From: an uncultured Candidatus Woesearchaeota archaeon | Lineage (GTDB): Archaea; Nanobdellota; Nanobdellia; UBA10117 | DNA: 64,000 nt | NCBI GenBank assembly: GCA_903864915.1 | Contig: CAIPHS010000005.1 | Location: 3,968-67,967, forward strand | Direction of reading: 5' to 3' | Shown here: one piece after another, positions 24,042 to 33,361 of the stretch | How the letters are laid out: every line of letters starts with the position of its first letter | Position numbering within the stretch: the stretch's first letter is position 1 | Notes under the pieces: generated by a model | The model's input: only the letters and a program-made list of their open reading frames with translations | What the model was told of the DNA's origin: nothing | The model's database searches: none | Position numbers and translations under genes: made by a program

Positions 24042-25541
24042 ATGGAGACTGCCAAGCTTGGAACGGTCATTACAACGCAGGATTCTCCTTCTGTCAGCTC
24101 TTTTGCCTTTGTAATAGATGAGAAGAATCCTGTCAAGAGAGGGCAATTCATCTCTGTCCTGACAGAAGAAGGCACACTAATTGCAAATGTCATGAATATC
24201 TTCAAGACAAACCGCTATTTCGAGTCAGCTGGCTCTGTAAAGGAATACTCAAAGGCTAATGATTTGCAGCATTCTTTTCCCATAAAGGAATGGGAATACA
24301 CAATTGCAGAGGCGAAACTGCTGGGTGTTTATGCAGCGGATGGCTCATTGAACAGGCCATCATTTCCGCCAAGCCCTGGCAATTCCGTGCTTGAAGTAGA
24401 GCCTGATTTGCTGAACAAATTCCTTGGCTTTGACCAGGAAAACGGCTTGCATCTCGGAGATGTCCAGCAACACAATCTTAAAGCAAAATTCAATCTCACT
24501 AAACTTTTGCAGAAACATCTTGCAGTACTTGCAATGTCTGGCGCTGGAAAAAGTTATGCTGTATCTGTCTTGATTGAAGAGCTTCTCAGCAGGAAAAGCG
24601 GCAAAATTGCAGTATTAATAATTGACAATCACGGCGAATACGTCAGCCTGTCAAAAGAAAAGGAACTTGCAGACAAAATAAAAATTATTGACGCAACTGA
24701 AGTCAAGATTGCACTGCAGCATTTCTCCGCGCAGATGATTGCAAAGCTGTTCCCTTCAATGTCCGCAGTACAGACAAGGGAACTTGGAAAGACCCTGGAT
24801 TCGCTAAGAAAAGCAGGCAAGCCGTTTGAAGTCTCTGATGTTATTTCCGCAGTAGAGCAGAGTGAAAGCCTGACTGAAGCGTCATCCGGGGCATTGCTGG
24901 CCTGGCTTTCAGAGCTTGATTCTCTTGGTATTTTCGGCAAGGCGGACTGGCCGAATTTCGATGCTGTGCTGGAACCTGGCAAAGCTGTTATCCTGAATTT
25001 CCGCGAGATGTTAGACTTACGAAGAAAACAGCTGATTGTAGACTATGTTTCAAAGAGAATTTTTGGATTAAGACGTAAGGAAATGGTTCCGCCATACCTT
25101 GAAATCATCGAGGAAGCACACAATTTCTGCCCTGAAAAAATGAAATCAGAAAATGCGCTAAGCAAGGGCATAATCGAAACGCTTGCAAGGGAAGGGCGAA
25201 AGTTCTATGCTAATCTATGCCTGATTTCCCAAAGGCCGGTACAGCTGTCAACAACAGCATTGTCACAGTGCAACACGCACATCATTCTTCGTGTAACAAA
25301 CCCATATGACTTGGACCACATTAAGAAATCTGCAGAGTCAATCTCACAATCAACATTAGACGTAATCAGCAGCCTCAAGGTGGGCGAAGCCCTGGTTTTG
25401 GGAGAAGCTGTAAATTACCCGGTTTTCGTTAAAATAAGGCAAAGGAAATCAAAGGAAAGCCATGGCACCAAGCTGGAAGAATATGCAGTCCAATGGGAAG
25501 GCGCCAAAGGCAAGCTGGCAAAAGGTTCTGATTTCCTTTGA
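24042..25541 (+). CDS. herA: HerA-type (FtsK/HerA superfamily) DNA helicase/translocase ATPase
   Basis: N-terminal HAS-barrel-like segment (GTVITTQDSPSVSSFAFVIDE...), Walker A LAMSGAGKSYAV, Walker B LEIIEEAHNF. Confidence 0.85.
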   Translation: METAKLGTVITTQDSPSVSSFAFVIDEKNPVKRGQFISVLTEEGTLIANVMNIFKTNRYFESAGSVKEYSKANDLQHSFPIKEWEYTIAEAKLLGVYAADGSLNRPSFPPSPGNSVLEVEPDLLNKFLGFDQENGLHLGDVQQHNLKAKFNLTKLLQKHLAVLAMSGAGKSYAVSVLIEELLSRKSGKIAVLIIDNHGEYVSLSKEKELADKIKIIDATEVKIALQHFSAQMIAKLFPSMSAVQTRELGKTLDSLRKAGKPFEVSDVISAVEQSESLTEASSGALLAWLSELDSLGIFGKADWPNFDAVLEPGKAVILNFREMLDLRRKQLIVDYVSKRIFGLRRKEMVPPYLEIIEEAHNFCPEKMKSENALSKGIIETLAREGRKFYANLCLISQRPVQLSTTALSQCNTHIILRVTNPYDLDHIKKSAESISQSTLDVISSLKVGEALVLGEAVNYPVFVKIRQRKSKESHGTKLEEYAVQWEGAKGKLAKGSDFL

Positions 25542-25598
25542 ACGACTTTAAGTTCCATATGGCAAATATTTATAAACTATGTAACTCTTCCAATAATC

Positions 25599-26810
25599 AT
25601 GACAAAATCGTACAAACTGGCAGAAAGCATAACTTCCTTCCGGCAAGACAAAACTCTAGCAGATATAGTCCAAAAAGTCGATGACGAAGCTTTCCAAGAC
25701 TATCCTTTTCTGAAAGCATTAGTTGATAAAAGCAATTATCTTAATCAAAATAATTGGCAGCAAAACATGGAATTTATTACTGACATGCTTCCCCTTTTCG
25801 GAAAATTATCTACTCTAGAATGCTTTGTTGGATTGCCGCACTATTTCGCAGATACTTACCAAGCAATTAAGAATTGGCAAGCCAATAAACCAAAGCCGAT
25901 TCGTGTGCCTTGGTTTAACCCTCCACAACAGCACGCTGACAAAGTACAAAAACTGTATAATGTTACGTTTGATTTAGAAACCTCTATTAAAAATTGCAGG
26001 ATATTTGGCAATGCTATTTCTGAAGGCAGAGGGCTGTACGCTTTTATCGGACCTAAAATCGAAAAATGGAAAAGAGACGAATACGGAAAACTCATACTAC
26101 AAAACAACGCTCCTGTTCTGAATCTAAATGATCAGATTAAAGTTCTCTCTGCTCTGTGCGCACCATGGTCAACTATCGAAGATGGCAAAACCATAACTTA
26201 CGATTTGCGATTTATTTCCGATAGCGAAGCTCTGGTAAAGGAGGGCAAAACAGTTGTTTATGGTTTAAACCGGGCCGAATTAGAAAAAATAAGGACAAAA
26301 TTAAAACCTGGGGATGACGAAGCAGTATTTTATATCACGGCAAGGCCTGAAAATGCCCAAGTAACCGCACAATTATTGGCTGGCCAGTATAATAACATAT
26401 TAATTAATGGAAGCGGTTTTGTCAATCAAACCATAGATCTTTTGCAAGAAAATACAACTATAAACTACAAACAACTTGCCGGGATATTGCGCTATCTTTC
26501 TCAGCAAACGCATGACAAAATTCCCCACTCACTTATCGGTTCTTTTATCAAAAATTTTGGTACGGAATTACTTATCCAAGCCGTAGAACAAATAGAAGAG
26601 GCCCAAAGGGGAGCACTTAATGTGAAAGCGCTTCGTAGCTGGCCGGGCGGTAATCCTGACACCCTGAAAGAAGCCCTAGATTACAGCAAAGGCATTATTT
26701 CAGCTGCGCGTGAGTATGCCTCTAAGAATCCAGAAATAATGGCTAATGTAGCTGCTGCGAAACTTGAAGGCAAAAACCATTATTTAATTCAAGCTAGACT
26801 TGAAAATTAG
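25599..26810 (+). CDS. hypothetical protein downstream of herA
   Basis: 403-aa ORF, 57 nt after the herA stop, with no motif I recognise. Confidence 0.65.
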   Translation: MTKSYKLAESITSFRQDKTLADIVQKVDDEAFQDYPFLKALVDKSNYLNQNNWQQNMEFITDMLPLFGKLSTLECFVGLPHYFADTYQAIKNWQANKPKPIRVPWFNPPQQHADKVQKLYNVTFDLETSIKNCRIFGNAISEGRGLYAFIGPKIEKWKRDEYGKLILQNNAPVLNLNDQIKVLSALCAPWSTIEDGKTITYDLRFISDSEALVKEGKTVVYGLNRAELEKIRTKLKPGDDEAVFYITARPENAQVTAQLLAGQYNNILINGSGFVNQTIDLLQENTTINYKQLAGILRYLSQQTHDKIPHSLIGSFIKNFGTELLIQAVEQIEEAQRGALNVKALRSWPGGNPDTLKEALDYSKGIISAAREYASKNPEIMANVAAAKLEGKNHYLIQARLEN

Positions 26811-27255
26811 CTGAATCTTTGAAACATTTAGTTGATATTATGCCCATACCCCGCACCTCAAAACACTTTGCAACTTCTTTTGCAACTTCGTAATATTCGT
26901 CTTTGTCCTTGACACGCACTTTGACAAAGTAATCCCACTCACCAGCTATGCTATAAACTTCCTGAACTTGAGGTAACTTCATCAGGCATTCTGCACCCTT
27001 CTCAAACTGCATTTCTTTTCCCAGTTTCGCCTGACCTAAAATAAAAGCTACAAAACCTTTTTCGAGCTTTTCTGCATCCAAATTAATAGTGTAGCCTCGA
27101 ATAAAATTTTCTTTCTGTAAGGTCTTTAGTCTTTCATGCACTGTAGACGTTGGGAGCTTCATCAAATGTGCCAGTCTTGTAACTCTTGGCACGCAGAGGT
27201 CTCCTCTTTGCAACAAATTTAGCATTTGCTTATCTGTGTCTTTGATTTTAGCCAT
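26794..27255 (-). CDS. Lrp/AsnC family transcriptional regulator
   Basis: DKQMLNLLQRGDLCVPRVTRLAHLMKLPTSTVHERLKTLQKENFI forms the HTH, followed by an RAM domain. Start set at MAKIK (27255). Confidence 0.85.
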   Translation of the reverse strand: MAKIKDTDKQMLNLLQRGDLCVPRVTRLAHLMKLPTSTVHERLKTLQKENFIRGYTINLDAEKLEKGFVAFILGQAKLGKEMQFEKGAECLMKLPQVQEVYSIAGEWDYFVKVRVKDKDEYYEVAKEVAKCFEVRGMGIISTKCFKDSANFQV

Positions 27256-27365
27256 TTCCGTATAACTTACAGTAATTGTTAGCGTATTTAAATAGTTTAC
27301 GGTTTTTAGATGATAAAATTTATCTAAACCGTATAATATACAGACAATACAAAAGGACAAATAAA

Positions 27366-27902
27366 ATGGTAAACGATTTGGAAAGTGCTGTTCAAGAAAC
27401 CAAACCTAAAAAAGAGAATCTTAAGCAAGCCATTTACGTATACTTACAGGCATACTGCCAGCCTCCTGGAGAAGCGCCAATAGCACGACTGGAAGTTACC
27501 CAGGAAGGAATTACTCAGGCACTATACGGCATAAGTGAGCAGAGAGCTATGGGGGGTGTATGTAGAGCCCTTAACAAATTAGTAAACAAAGGCTTAGTCA
27601 AAAGACGCAAAACTGGAATTCCTGGCAAAAAGGCCCTGGTTTTCATATATTGGCTCGTTCGAGACAATAAGGAAATTTTAGAAACGCAACAAAGCTTCAA
27701 AACCCAAGAACTTCCAATCACAGAAGCGCGAAATCTTGCGGATAAACTTCTAGACATGGGATATAGTTTAGAATTAAAAGAACAATACCGGAGCGCCATG
27801 TCATTTTACAAGGCCGCTTTAGAATTATTTCCTGCTTCCCTTAGTGATGCAGATATTGCAAAGCATTATAGAAATGTCCTTGAAAAGATTTTGAGAAGGT
27901 GA
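27366..27902 (+). CDS. winged-helix DNA-binding protein (putative)
   Basis: GISEQRAMGGVCRALNKLVNKGLVKRRKTG looks like a wHTH recognition helix plus wing. Start set at MVNDL (27366). It is divergent from the Lrp gene. Confidence 0.6.
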   Translation: MVNDLESAVQETKPKKENLKQAIYVYLQAYCQPPGEAPIARLEVTQEGITQALYGISEQRAMGGVCRALNKLVNKGLVKRRKTGIPGKKALVFIYWLVRDNKEILETQQSFKTQELPITEARNLADKLLDMGYSLELKEQYRSAMSFYKAALELFPASLSDADIAKHYRNVLEKILRR

Positions 27903-27908
27903 TTAAAA

Positions 27909-28397
27909 ATGAAAAAACAAAATACTAAAGATCTGGAAACTAAACTCAAAGAGTGGGTACCTGGAGAAAAGACCAAATTAATCCACACAATTTTTGGTGA
28001 TGACTTACCCGATTATGCATGGTATGTATTTGAAGCTGGCGGCAAAGAAGAAGACTTTGATGCCAAAGACGCTGACGGCACAATCAAAAAAGAAATTAAT
28101 GCGCAGGTTGAAACTCCTGGTGATTGCGGCAGCATAGAAATTTATGAAGATACATATGCATTGGATAAAAAAGAAGCTGAAAAATATCAAAACCCACACA
28201 CATTAAGAATTCGTGATGCGAAGCAAATACCTGAAGAATTGAACTTTACTGGTTTTCATGCCAAACTATACTTAGTTAACTGCAGCGACCAGCAGCCTTA
28301 CGGAACTTCTCTAAATTTCTTTAGAAATACTGCATACTTTTCAAATTGGCCTCGAAAACGGGCTAGAGAGGCTGGCATGAAGGTGAAAATTCGCTGA
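27909..28397 (+). CDS. hypothetical protein
   Basis: 162-aa ORF starting 7 nt after the upstream stop, with no motif I recognise. Confidence 0.55.
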   Translation: MKKQNTKDLETKLKEWVPGEKTKLIHTIFGDDLPDYAWYVFEAGGKEEDFDAKDADGTIKKEINAQVETPGDCGSIEIYEDTYALDKKEAEKYQNPHTLRIRDAKQIPEELNFTGFHAKLYLVNCSDQQPYGTSLNFFRNTAYFSNWPRKRAREAGMKVKIR

Positions 28398-28410
28398 CGG
28401 TAGGGAATTT

Positions 28411-28731
28411 CTATAATTTGCGGACTATTCCGTTTGTTGCATCAACTTCCACCAAATCGCCGTCTTTGAGAACTTTCGTTGCGTCTTTTGTCCTGACAAT
28501 ACAAGGCGTGCGGAACTCCCTGGCAATTATTGCGGCATGACATAGCATTCCACCCGTGTCAGTAACTATGGCTGCTGCTTTGGACATGGCGACAACAAAA
28601 TCAGGCCGTGTTTGAGGCGAAACTAATATGTCTCCACAATCCATCTTTGAAATATCCTTATCTTCTTTTATTATTTTGACTTTTCCCCTAACTAAACCCG
28701 GAAAAGCTACCAAACCCCTTAACTCAATCAT
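28411..28731 (-). CDS. stand-alone PEP-utilizing-enzyme mobile (phosphohistidine swivel) domain protein
   Basis: 106 aa. G(D)ILVSPQTRPDFVVAMSKAAAIVTDTGGMLCHAAIIAREFRTPCIV matches the swivel-domain TDxGGxxxHAAIxAREfgiP motif, including the catalytic His. Confidence 0.8.
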   Translation of the reverse strand: MIELRGLVAFPGLVRGKVKIIKEDKDISKMDCGDILVSPQTRPDFVVAMSKAAAIVTDTGGMLCHAAIIAREFRTPCIVRTKDATKVLKDGDLVEVDATNGIVRKL

Positions 28732-29713
28732 TTAGACCTCCAACGAACCTAAAGCCTTTTTCATCTCTCACACAAGTGTAACCTTTGTTCATTCTGAAAT
28801 CTATAGCTTTGTTTAGTTTCGATAAACTCAACTCTCCACTAAAAACTGCTTCTATTTCTTCAGGAAGAAGCCAGTTTATCTTGTTTTGGACATAACTTAA
28901 GTCATCGTTTTTTAGTTTTATCTGCTTCGAAATGAATTTATACAGAGTAGTTAGATTAAATTCAGCTTGCATTGTGGTAGCATCATTCCAATTTATCCAA
29001 TAAATTATTTTTCTCATCAAATCAACTTTTGATTTGCACTTGGTGTCTACCTTCTCCATAATTTTATGCTGTAATTTCCTATTTAACTCTGCAGCACTCT
29101 CCATCTTCGAACAAATGTTCTTTATGTGCTCCACAGGTTCGCTTAGCATTTGCTTAAGGCCTGGCAACCAGCCAAACTTTTCAAGAGCTTCCTGCTTTCT
29201 ATTTTGGAGAATTAAATGTAGCGCTTCATGGAGGGATTCACCTGGCTCACTATCAACCGGCATTGTTAGCAAGTCAAAATCTGATTCGCCTATTTGCTTC
29301 AGATTTTCCTTCAAATAAGCCAATAAAGTGTCACTAATGTCAAACAAAATATAGCAATAACGGGTGTTTGAAATTGCTTTCCTGTATTTTTTTAAGAGTT
29401 TTATAAAATTTTTAGAGGTGGGCTTTGTTTTTTTGATTTCTTGGCTAACTTTAAGCAAGGAATCCCATGCAGAATAAGCATCGCCAACAATTTTCACTAA
29501 AAACTGTTCATCTTTAATAATCAGCTCTTTCAACCTTTTAGAGATTAATTTCGCGTGATCTGCAGACTCGAATATTTTGAACGTAGTGACTTTGATAAAA
29601 TAATCTTTGCTGGCGGCTTTTATGGACCGTAGCGTATTTACCGCTCCTTGTACCCGATAATAACCAAAAACTAGCGGAAGGGTACCGCTCACTGCAAATT
29701 TCCACTTAACCAT
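28724..29713 (-). CDS. hypothetical helical protein, translationally coupled to the swivel-domain gene
   Basis: 329-aa ORF that overlaps the downstream swivel-domain gene by 8 nt. I see no ATP-grasp motifs. Confidence 0.65.
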   Translation of the reverse strand: MVKWKFAVSGTLPLVFGYYRVQGAVNTLRSIKAASKDYFIKVTTFKIFESADHAKLISKRLKELIIKDEQFLVKIVGDAYSAWDSLLKVSQEIKKTKPTSKNFIKLLKKYRKAISNTRYCYILFDISDTLLAYLKENLKQIGESDFDLLTMPVDSEPGESLHEALHLILQNRKQEALEKFGWLPGLKQMLSEPVEHIKNICSKMESAAELNRKLQHKIMEKVDTKCKSKVDLMRKIIYWINWNDATTMQAEFNLTTLYKFISKQIKLKNDDLSYVQNKINWLLPEEIEAVFSGELSLSKLNKAIDFRMNKGYTCVRDEKGFRFVGGLND

Positions 29714-29872
29714 ACAAAAAATAAGCTGCGACCAATATTAAATCTAACTAATTGTTTCTTATAGTTAGAAAAGACTTATAAAATACTGATTTTGTTTTGG
29801 GCTAGCGAAATGCACCTGGAACCTGAACCCGAATGAGTTCGCTGAGTTCTGGAAGTTCGCAACAAAGGAGAA

Positions 29873-30118
29873 ATGAACAAAATGGCAAGAGTTGAATACG
29901 ATACCCTAAAAGCGGAAGAAGTGAAATTTGGAAGGAACTCCTTCATAGAAATTGCCCGAAAGGTCGCAAAGACTGAGGAAGGCGAAAACGAGTTTGTTGC
30001 TATCTCAAAAGGCTTCTACATGCCTGAGGGGACCGGCAAGAGATTCAGGCAATCTATAGCATTGCCAAAAGAACCTGAAACATTAAAGCAAATTGCTAAG
30101 ATACTTGAGGGCATTTAA
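29873..30118 (+). CDS. small PC4/YdbC-like ssDNA-binding-fold protein (tentative)
   Basis: 81 aa. KFGRNSFIEIARKV...FVAISKGFYMPEGTGKRFRQSIALPKEPETLKQIAKIL resembles the PC4 pattern (G..IDIREY...GE.KPGRKGISL..EQW..L). An alternative start at 29882 (MARVEY) has better SD spacing. Confidence 0.45.
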   Translation: MNKMARVEYDTLKAEEVKFGRNSFIEIARKVAKTEEGENEFVAISKGFYMPEGTGKRFRQSIALPKEPETLKQIAKILEGI

Positions 30119-30225
30119 GCCCTTTTTATTTTCTTTATATAACTATCATTATTTATGATACATACTATCACAGAACTATCTCAATTCGTAAGCCTTTTAA
30201 AACAACAATTTGAGTTGATTTTGAA

Positions 30226-30672
30226 ATGGCAGACTTCAAAAGCAGACATCAGGAAATTGCTGGGCTACAAGAGAGCTCCGAAAGCTTCAACCTTGCTATT
30301 GCGGGTTCAGAACAAAGCATAATCGACGATGCAAAAGAACTCACTGATGTTCTCTTTTCAGAAGGTGAGCAATTCTGCTTCCCTGAGCTGGTCAGAACCA
30401 CACAGGATGTTCACGAAGACCTAGACATTGGAAATTCCAAGGATGCATTGACAAAGCTAAAATCTTACTTCACAAAAGGCATGCTGGCTGGGGCACAAAC
30501 CGAGGCCGACGTCTATGATTTGCTGGGTGACCAGCCCTCTGGCGCCTATGAAATCAACATGGAAGACGTTGCCGAAAAGCACGTCGCGCTCTTCAAAATC
30601 TTTCAGAGCTTAAACAAGCTGGATAAGAAGGGAAAAACTGCAACTGGCTACACCAGAATGTACGAGCGATAA
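30226..30672 (+). CDS. hypothetical acidic protein
   Basis: 148-aa ORF. A TTTTAAAA box lies about 25 nt upstream of the ATG, so the mRNA may be leaderless. Confidence 0.55.
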   Translation: MADFKSRHQEIAGLQESSESFNLAIAGSEQSIIDDAKELTDVLFSEGEQFCFPELVRTTQDVHEDLDIGNSKDALTKLKSYFTKGMLAGAQTEADVYDLLGDQPSGAYEINMEDVAEKHVALFKIFQSLNKLDKKGKTATGYTRMYER

Positions 30673-30673
30673 A

Positions 30674-30994
30674 ATGTGCACATTAAATGATTATGCGGCA
30701 ATGAAAACAGCAATGAGCGCTGCAAAGGATGTCGACCAGTATGATGCAATGTTACAAAGATTGCAGGATGGCGAAAGCATAACATTACCTACTACAAAAT
30801 ACTTTGGAGTCCAGACGCCGAAAGGAAAGGAATCTGGCGCTTACATGACATCAGATGATCCAAACCCTCTACCAGACCAAACAGACAAGGTAGGCTTAAT
30901 AGCAGACATGGCTAACGCTAATATGGATGTGTGTGAACCGAAAGTTGCACTAAAAGAAGCCCTGAAAATTCAAACCCTGGACGACAAATTCTGA
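30674..30994 (+). CDS. hypothetical protein
   Basis: 106-aa ORF starting 2 nt after the upstream stop. Confidence 0.5.
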   Translation: MCTLNDYAAMKTAMSAAKDVDQYDAMLQRLQDGESITLPTTKYFGVQTPKGKESGAYMTSDDPNPLPDQTDKVGLIADMANANMDVCEPKVALKEALKIQTLDDKF

Positions 30995-31084
30995 AAACAT
31001 GTTTTTCTATAATATTCTATTAATGTTTTGGCAAAGCTTCGACACTATCAAAGGTGCGATGGGCTTTAGAGTTGCCATTGTCGC

Positions 31085-33361
31085 TTAATTTAGTCTAATT
31101 ATATTATTCCCGACTTCTGCCAGCTTTTCTTCATGCGTTACAATAAACAACTGCTCCAGGAATTCCGGCAGGTGTTCCTGCAGCGCCATCATAAAAGAAC
31201 TAATGGCTGCATCATCAAGGTTATGGGTTGGCTCATCAAGGATCAAGATGTTGAATTCTGGCGCCAGCACTTTTGCAAACGCCAGTCTTAATACTAACGC
31301 GGCAAGCATCCTTTCCCCGCCTGAAGCAAAGCCTGCGACATTTACCCATATCCCTTCTGAAGTCCTTAATTGCAACGTATAATCTATATCAGAAGCCTCA
31401 AGATGTATTGAAGTCCACTTTTCGTAAGGATACAGCTTGCTCCAGAGTGAAGACATGACTTCATTGACAGCAGTTATCAGCTCTTTTCTCAATAATTCCT
31501 GCGCTACCAGCAAGGCACTCCTGAACTGCTGCAAAAACTCAACTTTTTTCTGCAGCTGCGCCATGTCAAGCAGCAATTGTTCGGACTGATTCTGCTTCTT
31601 TATCAGTTCAGACAAGTGCTTATGCTTTTCATCAAGCACATAATCAAGCGATTTCTGCCGTTCATTAAGTGCCATGAACTGCTCGAACTTCTTCCGGAAG
31701 TTTGAATCGGCGGTTTCCAAAACATTGTTGTCTGGTCTTGTGGATAATTTTGCCTGCACTTCTGTCAATTGCGATTCAAATTGCTGCAGCTGTTCCTTTA
31801 ATTCAGCCAAGTGCAATTGTTCCCGCAGTTCAGAGTCTTCTTTCCTCAAGTCCCGCAGTGCGCGCTCAGCACTCTCCAATTCAGACTTGCTTTTCTCAAT
31901 TTCCTGTGTTGAACTTTCAATCTTGCCTTTTGTAGATTCGAATATGGCTTGGTAAGTAGAATGCTGCTTCACCCAATCGGGCTCTTTTTTGAGTTCAGAA
32001 AGCAATTCATCTCGCTGTTCGATAAAATCATCTAATTTGTCTTTTCTGGCAGCAAGTTCTTTTCTCCGGATTGCTGCGCTTTCAATCTTGCCTGCCAATA
32101 CTGATATTGACGATTCCCTTTCGGCAACCAATTTCTCCTTTGTACCTTCTTCCAGCGCCCGCGAGCAGATTGGGCAGGCATTTTTTGCAGATTTCAACTC
32201 TTCCAGATGCTTTTTCAAAAACCTGGTTTCACTTTCTGCAGAAGAGATATCCTTTTCCTGTTCCTTTATCTCCGATTCCACCATTTCCAGTTCGCTCTTT
32301 GCATCTTCTGCACCAAATCTCTGCGTCAACTGCTCAAGCTCCAGTTTATATGCTGAAATTTTTTCCAGTTGTATCTTTGCATCTGATAATTTGCTCTCGG
32401 CAACACTTGATTCCCTTCCAGAAATCATCAAGCTCTTGTTCAAGCTATCGAGGGCTTTGTTAAGCTCGAATCTTGTGGTTTCAAAAGAAGCTAATTTGCT
32501 CTTCAACCCATCTAGTTGGACAATTATCTCCGCCTGCGGCCTGATGGGCTCTTTCAACCTGAGCTTTATCTCGTTAATTTGTGCAATGTAAAACTTCTGT
32601 CTTTCCTCAATTCTTGTAAAAGCAGCAAATTTTACTTTCAATTCTTTTAATTCCGATTCTGCATCAAGCTTTTCCCTCTGCGCAGACGCAATCTTGTTAG
32701 ATATTGCATCTTTCTCTTCAGATATCAGAGAAATCTCATTCTGAAGAGAATCAATCTGCGTTTTGAGTTTGTCAACCTCGAAATTTTTAAGCAAATTCTC
32801 TTTCTCGTCCTTTCTGGATGCAATTTTATTCGCTAATGATACGCAGCTTCTCCTTGCAGCCTCGAATTTATGCACGCCCATCAGTTCATCCAATCTTGTT
32901 TTTCTCTCCTGCGGGTTCAATTGCAGGAACAAATCAATCTCATTCTGCTTTGCGTACACTGTTCTGAGAAAAGTATCTTCATCCAGTTTCAAAATATTCT
33001 TCAGGAAAGCTGTCACCTGTGTTGAATTTGTGCCTGCAAGCATGACACCGTCAGCATCCCGGACTGTGGCTTCAGTGCCCTTGCTGTTGATGATGCGCTG
33101 AATCTGGAAAACCTTGTCTGCTGCATCCAGTTTAAGTTCTATGGATGCCTGCGTACCGGAGTTCCTCTTAACAAGCTCAGAGACCTTAACGTCCCTTCTT
33201 TTCACCTCTGGAACACTTCCAAATAACGCGAAACAGATGGCCTGCAGCACGGATGATTTGCCAGAGCCCATTGGCCCTACTAGGACATTAATGCCTGGCT
33301 TGAAGTCCAGCTCTGTCTCTGTGTGTGACTTCCAGTTCTGCAGCTTGATTTTACTAATCAT
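31085..33361 (-). CDS. rad50: Rad50 ATPase (SMC-like DSB repair)
   Basis: Walker A GPMGSGKSS, long coiled coils, zinc hook CPICSRAL, signature SGGERMLAAL, Walker B ILILDEPT. It overlaps mre11 by 4 nt. Confidence 0.9.
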   Translation of the reverse strand: MISKIKLQNWKSHTETELDFKPGINVLVGPMGSGKSSVLQAICFALFGSVPEVKRRDVKVSELVKRNSGTQASIELKLDAADKVFQIQRIINSKGTEATVRDADGVMLAGTNSTQVTAFLKNILKLDEDTFLRTVYAKQNEIDLFLQLNPQERKTRLDELMGVHKFEAARRSCVSLANKIASRKDEKENLLKNFEVDKLKTQIDSLQNEISLISEEKDAISNKIASAQREKLDAESELKELKVKFAAFTRIEERQKFYIAQINEIKLRLKEPIRPQAEIIVQLDGLKSKLASFETTRFELNKALDSLNKSLMISGRESSVAESKLSDAKIQLEKISAYKLELEQLTQRFGAEDAKSELEMVESEIKEQEKDISSAESETRFLKKHLEELKSAKNACPICSRALEEGTKEKLVAERESSISVLAGKIESAAIRRKELAARKDKLDDFIEQRDELLSELKKEPDWVKQHSTYQAIFESTKGKIESSTQEIEKSKSELESAERALRDLRKEDSELREQLHLAELKEQLQQFESQLTEVQAKLSTRPDNNVLETADSNFRKKFEQFMALNERQKSLDYVLDEKHKHLSELIKKQNQSEQLLLDMAQLQKKVEFLQQFRSALLVAQELLRKELITAVNEVMSSLWSKLYPYEKWTSIHLEASDIDYTLQLRTSEGIWVNVAGFASGGERMLAALVLRLAFAKVLAPEFNILILDEPTHNLDDAAISSFMMALQEHLPEFLEQLFIVTHEEKLAEVGNNIIRLN

